A stretch of DNA of 64,000 bases from Prasinococcaceae sp. CCMP 1430 (taxonomy: Eukaryota > Plantae > Prasinodermophyta): the NCBI GenBank assembly GCA_013416795.1, contig RQSC01000525.1, forward strand, positions 7,679-71,678, read 5' to 3'. The notes under the pieces were generated by a model. The model was not told where the DNA came from, ran no database searches, and saw only the letters and a list, made by a program, of their open reading frames with translations. Every line of letters starts with the position of its first letter. The first letter of the stretch is position 1. Position numbers and translations under genes: made by a program. This document shows positions 44,456-55,100 of this stretch, piece by piece.

Positions 44456-45236
44456 CGCCGCGGCCGCGCGGCGCGCTCGAGCGCGCCGCCCGCTCCCTTG
44501 ACCGCCCGACGCGCAGGCGGCCGCACACCCCCGCCCCGCGAACCGCCTCCCGCGGGCGATCGACCAGTCGATCGCCGCGAACACTCCCCCGCGCACGCGC
44601 CGCCCGCGGGCGCGCGCGCTCTGTGGCCTCCGCCACTGCCACTGCCACCCACACCCACCCACCGCCCAATCCCTCCCGCACGCCCAGCTAGGAACGTCCC
44701 CACTCCCCCCCCAACCCAACACACCCAACACACCCACACACACACACACACCACACCCGCAGCCGCGCGACGAGCGTCGCGCACCGCGCGCACACACACG
44801 CGGTCACACGCGCTCTCTCGCGCGCTCGGGGAACCGCCGCACATACGTTCGAATGCGTTTCGGCACCGACGACACCCAACGGGCGAACGGCTCTTTTTTT
44901 TTGTGCAGTCGTTTTTTTTATTTGACTTCGAAATTCTTTTTATTTTAAATGATTTCTTTTTATTTTTTAAATTCTTTTTTTGGGAGGTGGAGGTTTAGGT
45001 GGTGTGTGTGTGTGGGGGGGGGGGGAAGCTGGGGTGGGGTCGAGCTGGCGGAGGGCGCGGCGGGGCCTCGAGCAGAGCACTGAGCGCTGTGAGCGGCGGG
45101 CGGGGAGAGAGCTGGCGTCGCTCGCGTGGCGGGGCGCAACGGCCGGCGGCGGGCTCGCGGGCTCGGTGTGGCAGCCCGTCGATTACAATGGCTGACCGCG
45201 GCGGCGCGCGCGCGCGTGCGTGGTCGCGCGCGCGCC

Positions 45237-46733
45237 CTACTCCGTGGGGAAGGAGAGGTCGAAGGGCCGATGCACCACCGGCGCCTTGGGCGGCCTCTCC
45301 GCGCCATCACCCCCGCCCGCGCCGTCGCCGGCCTTGCGCTTGCGCTCGCCCGCGCGCGAGGGCGCCGCGGCGATGGCGCCCTGCAGTCGGCGCAGCGCCG
45401 CGGCGTCGAGCGCGTCCACGTCGAGCCAGTTGTCGGAGCCGATCGGGAGCTGCGCGCGCGCGAAAGAGGCGCGGGGTCGGGCGGGTCGAGGAGCATGCGC
45501 GCGCGCGCGCACATGTGACGCGGAGCGCGCGGACGGCACTGGTGCGTGAGCCCGAGCCCGCGAAAGCAATCGAAAGGAGGCGCATGCATGCGCGCGCACA
45601 AAAGCGCACACGAACGCGCCATGACGCACCTTGCTCCCTGGCCCTTGGTGCTCCGCCGCGATTGAGTAGAGCGCGGCGACGGTGTCCTCCCCCCCCGGCA
45701 CGAGCGCCTGCAGCGCCGCCTTGAGCTCCGCGCGCTCCTCCTTGCTCGGCCGCGCGCCCGCGGCGAAGCGCGCCTCCGAGCGGATGCCCGCCAGCGCGCG
45801 GTCCACGGCGGTGAGCGTGCGTGCCAGCGCGGCGTAGCGCCGCTCCGCCGCGGCGGCCTCGCCTCTGTCCTTCGCCAGCGCCGCCGCGAGCTCCTCCGCC
45901 TCCTCCTCCGCGCGCACGCGCGCGCGCTCCTCGGCGAGCTTGGGCTCCACGAGCGCCTCCCAGCGCTCCTCCAGCCGCTCCGCCATCGTGCCGGCCATCA
46001 CCCACACGTCCGAGCGCGGCGCGTTGTACGCGCGCGCGTTCTCAAACACCAGCCGCATGTCTGACAGCACCTGCGCGGGGTGCGTGTAGATGGCCTTGTC
46101 GAGGCGCGTCTTCACCGTGCCGAGGTCCATCGGCCGCGTGATCACCTTGTAGTAGTCCGCCAGCCCGAGCGTGGCGGCGTCCACAGGCTTGGCGAAGGGC
46201 CACGCCCACCGGTGCGTGAGCAGCGCGCGCACCACGCCGAGGCACGCCTTCAGAATGTCGCCCATGCGCCTCCGCGCGTCGCCCTCGCGCTTCCTGCGGT
46301 CGTCGTCCCACGTGGGCAGCGCGGCGGACAGCGGGCACGCAGCGGCGCGCGCCGACGTCGCCGCGCGCGCGGAAGCCGCGCGGCGCTCCTCGGCCATCGC
46401 GCGGCCCACCTGCGCGCGCGCGCGTGGGCGCCCGCGCGCGACAATCCCAGTCAGCTGTGCGCGGAACGCGGCGCTCGCTGCCGAGCCTCCCCCTTCCACC
46501 TCTCTCCGACTGCTCTCTCCCTCGCGCGTGCGCGCCCAGGGACTCTGTTAGGGTTGATGCACGCACCTGGTCGGCGAGCTTGGTGAGGTCGGCGAGCTGG
46601 CTCTCGAGGTCGGCGCGCTGCGTGGCAGCGTCGACCGCGGACAAGCTTCCCATGGCATCCAGCGCCGCCCAGCCCTCGGCGCTCGGCGCGCCCGGCGCGG
46701 GCTCGGCGCCGCCGCCCCCTCCACCCCCGCCGC
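45237..46733 (-). CDS. GTE/BET-family bromodomain protein with ET-like tail; exons 46733-46567, 46409-45630, 45449-45237, plus a probable first exon ending at 46973
   Basis: HRWAWPFAKPVD...DYYKVITRPMDLGTVK...DMRLVFENARAYN; ET-like PSKEERAELKAAL...LDVDALDAAALRRL. Confidence 0.9.
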
Positions 46734-47500
46734 TGGCGGCGCGGCGTGAAAGGTGAGGCGCGCGCACGCGGCGTCAGCGAGCGAAGACTCCTGGGTGCGC
46801 GGGCGCGCAAGCGCGCACGCACATGGACACGCGCGCGCGCGGGCACTCCAGCGCGTGTGCACCTACTCGTAGGTGCGTCGTAGGCGCGCGCGCGCGCGTG
46901 TGCCAGGGTGCGCGCGCGCGCGCGTGCGCCTGCAACAGCACTCTCTCGCGCGCTCGAGTTCGCGCGCGCTCACCTCGCCCCGCCGCCGCCGCCGCCCGCG
47001 GAAGCTGCGGCCNGGGGCCAACGCGGCAACGACAGAAAGCAAGCGCTGACCAGATAATATTATTAGCACGGCACTCCTGTCCTACCGCTCTGCGGCGTCT
47101 ACTTGCCCGGCGACTTCATGAGCCACTCGTTGGACTCCATGCGCCCCCCGACCCAGCTCCCCCCCCTCCCGCACGCCAGCGCGCGCGCGCGCGCGCGCGC
47201 ACTTTTTCATTTCCAAATTTTCGACGCGCCCTTTCCGCGATTTCGTCCTTCATCCGAGCGCCATCGAAACGCCTTGTGATGTAAAAAACGGCAGCCAAGC
47301 TCGTTTCGCGAAAGGAATTTGGCGCGGCCTGGCTGGCGCGGCGCGCGAACGCGGCGCTTGCAGGTCGTATTAGGGTTGATGCAATGAATAGGGTTTACAA
47401 CATGTACAAAAACACACGGTCTCGCGCGCAGCGGGGGCCACCGGCCGAGCTTGGCCCCCTGCGCCCCCTGCGCCCCCTGCGCTCCCCGCGCCCCCCGCGC

Positions 47501-49357
47501 TCACACGAAGTACAGGCTGTGGCTCTGCGACCGTGCGTCGCTCAGCGCGTCCCTCGCGGTGAGCGCGTCGAGCTGCGAGCTGATGTCGTCGCCAGCTTCG
47601 GCCCCCGCGCGCCCCGCCGCTGCCGGAAAGCGAACGTCCTCGTCGTCCGCGTCCTCCACCTCCTCCTCTTCCTCCTCCTCGTCGTCTGCGTCTGGCCACG
47701 CTGGGAACGGGTCCTCTGGATCCAGGCCGTTCAATCCGAGCTTCCACGCGTGCTCAGCATCCCCGTCGGGCGCATCGCCCGCCGCGTCAGCGCCCGCCTC
47801 CTCACGAGTGACCAGACACGCGTCGAGCGCCCTCTCGATGGCCGCTTGGTCGAGGCTCTGCCCGATGAAAACGATCTCTTGCCTCCTGTCCTTCAGCACC
47901 GGCCCCTCAAAGTCCTTCATGATCATGTCGCGCTCTGGGGTGCCCTCAGGCGGCCAAAACTCCGAAGGCAAGGTCGACATCCAGCCGCCGCCGCAATTGA
48001 ACTGCCCAACCGCACCCGCCTGGCTCCAGTCGCCCAGCTGCTTGTCGCGGCCCGCCAGCCAGACGAACCCCTTGCTGCGGAGGATGTTGCCGAAGGACTC
48101 ACGCATGCGCGCGGTCCTGGCCTTTGCCTCGCTCTCGCGCTCGGCCGCCTCGGCCGCCCTCTGCGACTTGGAGGCGTCGCTCGAGCCCTCCTCCTTGCCC
48201 GTCATCCCAATCACCAAATCATCGTCACTGTCTTCGTCATCGTCATCTATCTCCTCGATGTGCCAGCTCGTGTCCACCTCGACCGGCTCCTCGGGCAGCC
48301 GGACGACGAAGTGCTTGTCCAAAAACGCCTTGAGCCGCGAGGGGTGGAACGGCGTGCGCGCCCTGTACACGAAGCTGCTGATTCCGTACTCCTCCGTCTC
48401 GGACACGTGCGGCGCCTTCTCGCCCTCGCCGTTCATCGTCTTGAGCCAGCCCGCTGACTGCGTGGCCTTGGCGAGATCGAAGAGCCCGGTGCGCAGCACA
48501 CCCGAGAGCGGCACGTCGCCGTGCTTCGCACGCATGACCTTGGCGTCCGGGTTGAGCGCCCGCACGGCGCGCTCCACTGCGGCGGCCCTCGTCTCGCCGA
48601 CGAGGTCGCACTTGGTGATGACGATCACGTCGGCGAACTCGATTTGGCTCATCAGCAGCGGCCCCACGTTGCGGTCGTCGCCCTCGTCCGCGCTCCCGCT
48701 GAAGCGGTCTTGGAGCTCGGCAGCCGTGGCCATGTCTGCGTCAAAGCCCGCCGCGTCGACCAGCGTGACGCACGTGTCGAGCCGCGCCAGCTCGTTGAGC
48801 GAGCTCTTCCCACGCAGCGCCTGCTTGATGGGGCCAAATTCTTGCACCCAGTCGGCGGTAGGGTGCTCGCCGCCATCCTCGATCTGCGTCGCGAAGGTCT
48901 CGGCCACCTCGATGGGGTCGCTCACGCCGGTGGACTCGATGACGATGGCATCGAACTCGTTGTCCGCCGTGAGGTCCGCGAGGGACTTCACCAGGTCCTC
49001 GCGCAGCGTGCAGCAGATGCAGCCGTTGTGCAGCTCGACGAGCTTCTCCTCGCGCTGCAGCACCTTGGTGTTGCGCACCAGGCCGGCGTCGATGTTCACC
49101 TCCGCCATGTCGTTCACCAAGACCGCGACCTTGAGCGGTCGCTCGCCCGACTTCTCCGCGTGCGTCTGCTCCAGTATGTTCTTCAACAGCGTGGTCTTGC
49201 CGGCGCCGAGGAAGCCGGAGAGCATCGTCACCGGCACCGCCTGCGACGCCGCGTCCGCGCGCGCGCCCGCCTCGCTATCGCCGCCGTGCCCGCCATGGCG
49301 GTGGCGATGGTGGCCTTCCGCCGCGTACGCCTCCAAGTCGCTCTCGCGCACGCCCAT
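47501..49357 (-). CDS. COG0523/CobW-family (ZNG1-like) metal-chaperone GTPase, intronless
   Basis: PVTMLSGFLGAGKTTLL, VNDMAEVNIDA, ELHNGCICCTLREDL, IESTGVSDP, ITKCDL, CobW_C ILRSKGFVWLAGR...DRRQEIVFIG. Confidence 0.95.
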   Translation of the reverse strand: MGVRESDLEAYAAEGHHRHRHGGHGGDSEAGARADAASQAVPVTMLSGFLGAGKTTLLKNILEQTHAEKSGERPLKVAVLVNDMAEVNIDAGLVRNTKVLQREEKLVELHNGCICCTLREDLVKSLADLTADNEFDAIVIESTGVSDPIEVAETFATQIEDGGEHPTADWVQEFGPIKQALRGKSSLNELARLDTCVTLVDAAGFDADMATAAELQDRFSGSADEGDDRNVGPLLMSQIEFADVIVITKCDLVGETRAAAVERAVRALNPDAKVMRAKHGDVPLSGVLRTGLFDLAKATQSAGWLKTMNGEGEKAPHVSETEEYGISSFVYRARTPFHPSRLKAFLDKHFVVRLPEEPVEVDTSWHIEEIDDDDEDSDDDLVIGMTGKEEGSSDASKSQRAAEAAERESEAKARTARMRESFGNILRSKGFVWLAGRDKQLGDWSQAGAVGQFNCGGGWMSTLPSEFWPPEGTPERDMIMKDFEGPVLKDRRQEIVFIGQSLDQAAIERALDACLVTREEAGADAAGDAPDGDAEHAWKLGLNGLDPEDPFPAWPDADDEEEEEEEVEDADDEDVRFPAAAGRAGAEAGDDISSQLDALTARDALSDARSQSHSLYFV

Positions 49358-49820
49358 GGCCGCCCCGCAGCCCACGCGACCTCCGCGGTGGGCGGCGCTC
49401 CCCGCGCGCTCGCCGCGCGCCGTCTACGCAGCGCTCGCGCGCGCCGAAAACGGAGGGCTCGCGGGAAGCGGGCGAAGGAGAGAGGGAGGCGATGAGAGGG
49501 GGGCGGAGGGAGAGAGGGAGGGAGCGGGGGAGGGGGGGGGGGGGAAGGGCGAGCGCGGCGCGCCGGCCGCCGCAGCCGCAGCGGCCGTGTTTCATCTTTC
49601 TGGTGTTGCGTCTTCTTGAAATGGAAATGTCATTTCTGAATGAAATGTAAATTGATGTACAAATCAACGGAAGTACCATCGAATATTACAGTTTCCTTTG
49701 TAAATGATGATTTGGGGTTTGGGGTTTCGGTTTCGGTTTAAGGGTTTATTAAGTAGGGTTTATTATTCTGGCTCCGCTCGTCTGGTACAGTACGTGTCAC
49801 GCGCGCCGCAGCGAGGAGGC

Positions 49821-51738
49821 TCAGGCCGCCGCGCTCGCCACCGAGAAGGCGACGCTGCCGTCGGCGCGGCTGAGCTCGGCGGAGACGCGCAGCGCCTCGG
49901 CGCCGCTGGCGGTCTCGTGCAGCACGATGGCGGCGTGCCGCTCGAAGGCGCGCAGCGCGGCCCGCGCGCGATCGGCGGCGGCCTCGTCGATGCCTCCCTG
50001 TGCGAGCACGGAGTCGCCCGCGTCGTCCCACTCCACCCAGAGCGCGATGCAGTCCGCGGGCGCGGACGGTTGAAGGACGGCCTCCCCGGCGAGCGGCGGC
50101 GCCAGCACGTCCCACCAGCCGTCGCTCCCTCCGGCGACGTCGTCGTGGACACCCGTAGAGTGCTCCACGTCGGGGTCGAGCGTGAGCACCGTTCGAGGCG
50201 CGCCGGCGAGCTCGCACGAGGGGAGCTGCCAGAGCGCGACCGGGAGCGGCGCGGACGTGGCACCATCCGTCGCCGCGCCAATGACCTCGTTAGCAGAGCT
50301 GAGGTCGGGCCCGCCGCGCAGCGGACCCTCGCGGTCGATGCCCGGGGCGCCCGCCGCCTCCATGGGAGCGCGGCTGCGCTTGAGCGCGGGGGCGCGCACG
50401 GGCGCTGCCACCACTCGGGCGCGGCTCCACGCCCGCGATGGCGCCTGCCCCTGGCCCTGCCCATCCCCACCCGCATCCTCGACGCGCGCATGCGCGCCAC
50501 CGTCGCTCTGCTGAGCACCGCTGCGCAGCGCGACGGTGGCCTCGTACCACCAACGCAGCGCGTGCCGCCACGGCGCGCCGCCCGCGGCGTCCCCGAAAGT
50601 CGGTCCGCGACGTAGCGCGCCGTCTCCAGCCGCTCCGCCGGCGGCACGCGCCAATCTGTCGTGCATGGCGTCGAGCGACAGCCGCGCCGGCTCGCCAGCC
50701 TCGCAAGCGAACCCCTCCGCGCTGAGCTCGCTCAGTCGCTTGGCGTCCGGGGCGTCTGCTGCCGCAGCCGCGAAGTGCAGCACGATCTCGCCGTGCGCGG
50801 CGAAGACGGTGAGCGTCTCGCCGCTTGGCATCAAGAGTCCCCCGCCTGTGTCGCCGCCGTCAAAGAGGAAGACTTCCTGTTTCCAGTGGTCGACGTAGCT
50901 CGCCTCCCAGCCCGCTTGGTCGCCGCCCTCGTCCGGCGGGTGCATCGAGTACGTCACCTGCTCGTCGCCTAGGAAGTCGAGCTCGAACCAGACGACGAGT
51001 GCGTCGACCCGCCCGCCGCGCTCGAGGACGAAGTCCACGGCGTTCGGGGCATCATGCACGAGCACGCCATCAGCAGCCCTGCCGGCGCCGCCATCGGCAG
51101 CGCGCTTGCCGTCGCACGCCGCGCCTGCGTCGGCGACGTCGGCGGCCTCGAAGTCGAACCGCAGCAGCGGGCGCGGTGCGGCGAGCGCTGTCGCGCCTCC
51201 GGGCAGCCGCTGCCGCGCCGCCGCCCAGTGCAGCGCGACCACCTCCGCCGCGGCTGCCGATGATGCGGCCACCGGTGCGCCCCCAGCCTCGACGGACGGC
51301 GCGCACGGCGCCGCCACGCGCCGTAGCGCAGCGCACTCGACCGGCATCCCCCACACCGTCGCCACCGCGGGCACCACGACTGCGTCCGGCGCCAGCAGGC
51401 GCTCGCGCGCGTCGCGCAGGCTCGGAATGACGCCCTCGCCCAGCAGGCCCGAGTCCAATATCTCCGACACGAGCAGATCGTAGCGGTCGGCCGCCGTCGC
51501 TGCCTCGGTGGACGCCGCGCCACCTCCAGCTGCGGCGCGCGGCCGCAGCGGCAGCTCGTCCGAGCGGATCGCGTGCAGCGACACGGGATCGCCCAGCAGG
51601 CCGTTGCGCCGCAGCACGCCCTCAGCGGCGGCGGCCATGGGCGGGTGCAGCTCACACGCGTCGATGCCAGCGAGCGGCGTGCCGGCGGCGCGCGCCGCAA
51701 GCGCCGCGAGGCTCGCGAGCAGGCCCGTGCCCGTGCCG
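49821..51738 (-). CDS. PRMT7: Protein arginine methyltransferase 7-like; 5' end in N gap
   Basis: GTGTGLLA SAM motif, ACE motif, LLVSEILDSGLLGEG double-E loop, DHWKQ motif, degenerate second module. Confidence 0.82.
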
Positions 51739-52107
51739 NNNNNNNNNNNNNNNNNNNNNNNNNNNNNNNNNNNNNNNNNNNNNNNNNNNNNNNNNNNNNN
51801 NNNNNNNNNNNNNNNNNNNNNNNNNNNNNNNNNNNNNNNNNNNNNNNNNNNNNNNNNNNNNNNNNNNNNNNNNNNNNNNNNNNNNNNNNNNNNNNNNNNN
51901 NNNNNNNNNNNNNNNNNNNNNNNNNNNNNNNNNNNNNNNNNNNNNNNNNNNNNNNNNNNNNNNNNNNNNNNNNNNNNNNNNNNNNNNNNNNNNNNNGCCC
52001 GCGCGCAGAGTGGCAGCAGGCGCGTATGCGCGCGCGCGCGCCGGCGCACGCGAGAAATTGTGTTACCTGCGGCGGCGGCGGCGCGGCGGCGCTCCGGCGC
52101 CGCCACG

Positions 52108-55100
52108 CTACTCAGCGGCGGGGACGCCGCCCGCCTCGAAGACGAGCTCCTCGCCCACCTTTGAAAAGAACGCCGCGAGCGCGGCGCGCACGTCGGCGTC
52201 GGCGTGCTCGCTGCGGACGAGCGCGCAGGCGCGCGCAAACACCGCCGGGAGCGCCACGCGCTTGAAGTCGGCCGCGGGGAGGCCAGCCAGCGTGCTGAGC
52301 GCGCTCGACACGAGCGGCGAGCGGGCCATCAGCTGCATGCGGGCGGCACCGTCGAGCATGGCGCCGTCGTCAGGCGAGCCAGGGACGGCCGCGAGGTAGC
52401 CGTCCATGACTCCGGCGCACAAAGGTACCAGCGCGTCGGGCTCGTCCACCAGCGCGCGCAACAGGGTGGCGTTAGCCTCCATCTCCAGGCCGAGGTCGCC
52501 AGAGGCGGCGCCGCGCTCGACAGCGGCGGCGAGCGCCTCGCGCAAAACCTCACGCGCGTCGGCCGTGCGCGCCAGATCGTGCAGCGTCCCCGCAGCGCCC
52601 ACCAGCAGCACGCCCGAGGCGGAGCTCGCGTCGTGGCCCGCATCGCTCGAAGCGAGCCACGCGTTCGTCAGCGCACGAACCACCGAGCGCCACTCCTCAT
52701 CGCCGAGCTTGTCACCGGCACCCTCAGCGAGCGTGACGAAACCCTCAACGCCGAGTTTGGTGCACGCGGTGCTGGCGCGCTGGCGTCCGCTCACGAAGTC
52801 CACCAGCAGATCGAGCACGCGCGGCAGCAGCTGCTCGGCGCACACGTCGTAGAACCGCACGAAAAGGTCCACGAGCAACGGCAGGCAGTCCAGCGCGCGC
52901 TCGCCGCCGCCGCCCCGCTCCTCGTCGAAAATCGGAAAGACCACCGAAGAGAACACGCGCTCCCAGAATGCCGGAGTGAACATGTGCCCATGGAAGCGCA
53001 GCGTATCGAAGAGCACTTCGCGCGCGCCGCGCCGCACGTCCGGGCGCTCGTCCTGCACGAGCTCGCCCAGCCCCGCGAGCAACGGGAACCAAAAGTGCGA
53101 GTGGCTCTCCGCGAGCTCCTCTTGCTGCTGCTGCTGCTGCTGCTGCTGCCGCTGCGCCTCCTGCTCCTGCTGCTGCCCGCCGGCCTCGGCGCTTGCCGCC
53201 GCACCGCCGCCACCGTCTGCGCCGCCCACGTCGCCGCCACCGGCGGCCTCGTGCGCGCCGGGCAGGCCCTCCGCGAGCTTCAGGGCACAGAAGCGCAGGA
53301 ATGCGATGGCGTTGAGGCTCACCTCGGTCGTGAGCGGCGAGTTGGTGAACGCGATGAGACAGTTGACGCAATCCGTGAACGTGGTGGCCTCCGTCTCGGT
53401 GATGTACCCGAAGCTCTCGCGCACGATTCGCTCGATCGTCTCGAAGGCCAACTTGACGATCGCACGATTCTCGTCGGTCGCCGCCGTGGTGAACACCATG
53501 AACATGCTCTTCCAGCCCGAGCTCACGTTGTCCACGCGCGCCTGGATCATCTGGCTGAGGCAACGGATGATGAGCTCCCGTATCTCTGGACTGCGCGACC
53601 GCCGCATGATGATCACGAAGGGCTTCAGGAAGTTGTCCTGGAAGGAGAACATTGCCATCTCGTCCTTCTCCAGGAACTTCATGCTCAGCTGGCGCAGCGA
53701 GTCGATCGCGTACATGGCCACCTGCAGGTTCTCGTGGCAGCCGACCGACACAAAGTACTCCGCCAGCACGCCCCATATGCGGCTCCACACCAGCCTGATG
53801 CGCGTGCCGATGTTGAAATACGAAATCTCCACCACCTTTTGCAGGCTGAAGATGCGAGGCCGCGAGGTGTTGCGGAGCTCCTCGAGGGAGACCTTGCAGA
53901 GGGCATCCACGAAGTCCACCACGGCATCGCCGTCGAGCCGCGCGCTGCCGACGAAAACCCTGTCGAGGGAGTCAGCCTCGAGCCCCGCCAGGACACCGCG
54001 CAGGCGCGCCGCCCCAGCAGCATCCTCTATCGAGCTCAGCTCGCCGTCGCGCATGGCCGAGCGAGCCCCGCTGCGCAGGCCGCCGAAGCGAGCGCCGCTC
54101 TTGCCCGGCGGCACCGCGCCGCCCTTAGCCGTGCCGAAGAGGCTCGCGTCTGTCATGGCGCCGTCCGCCACCATGAGCAAGTGTGCAAGCCTGCTCACGC
54201 ACTTCAGCACCTGCGCCCACGTGCTGCCCAAGTAGTCTCCGTCCTGCTCGACGATCTCAAGCATGGTGCGAATAGCGTTCACGTTGTGCACATTCATGTG
54301 CGAAGGCTCGTGCAGGTAGGTGAACTTGGCGAGCGCGGTGATGAAGGCATCCCGCACGGTCTCCATCCCCAGCACAGCGGCCATGCGCACCGCCGCGCGC
54401 GTGCACTGCAGGAGAAGCTGTGGATCGTAGCTCGCCGCTCCTGACGCACTGCCGTCGGATGCACCCTCGAAGCCCAAGGACAGCGCCGCGAGCAGGGGTG
54501 GCCACACCGCCTCGAGCATGGGGCGAGCGACAGAGGGGTCGTGGCAACTCACGAACTCGTTCTCCGAGTTGCTCTGCGCATCCTCCAGGCGCTCCTGGAT
54601 GTTGCGTATGGCGTTCTCGTCCAGTCCCGCACCGCCGACGGTGTGCCGTCGCGTGCCGACCAGCCCCATGAGCATGTCGTTGAAGCTGCTGAGCGCGCTG
54701 ACATTGGCGCCCTTGGCATTGTCCGCATCGGCGGTTGCCTGCGCGTCGCCGGGGTTGGCGTCCTTGAGCTTGATCTCGTTGGTGGTGATTCGGTCGTATA
54801 TCTCGCCCAAGAACTCGGGAGTCAGCTCGCCCTCCTCGCCGACACCCCGATTGTTCTTGAGGAAGCCCTCCTTAGTCATCTTGTTCTTCACCTGCGGGTT
54901 GTGCGCGTCGGTGTTGAGCATGATGACGCTGTACGCCAGCACGTACGCCGTGTCTGCGCTCCGAAAGCGCCCGGGAGTCTGTAGGCAAAAGCGCTCTGCG
55001 AACTTCTCCATGAGCCTGTCGATCTTCTGCGCCTCGCCCGGGAGACGAAAGTCCAACAGGAAGTGGCGAATCGCGTCGTCGAATACCATGCCGGTGAAAT

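Noticed and set aside
49712-49760. True telomere or chromosome end
   Set aside because: Short, degenerate and internal, flanked by intact genes on both sides
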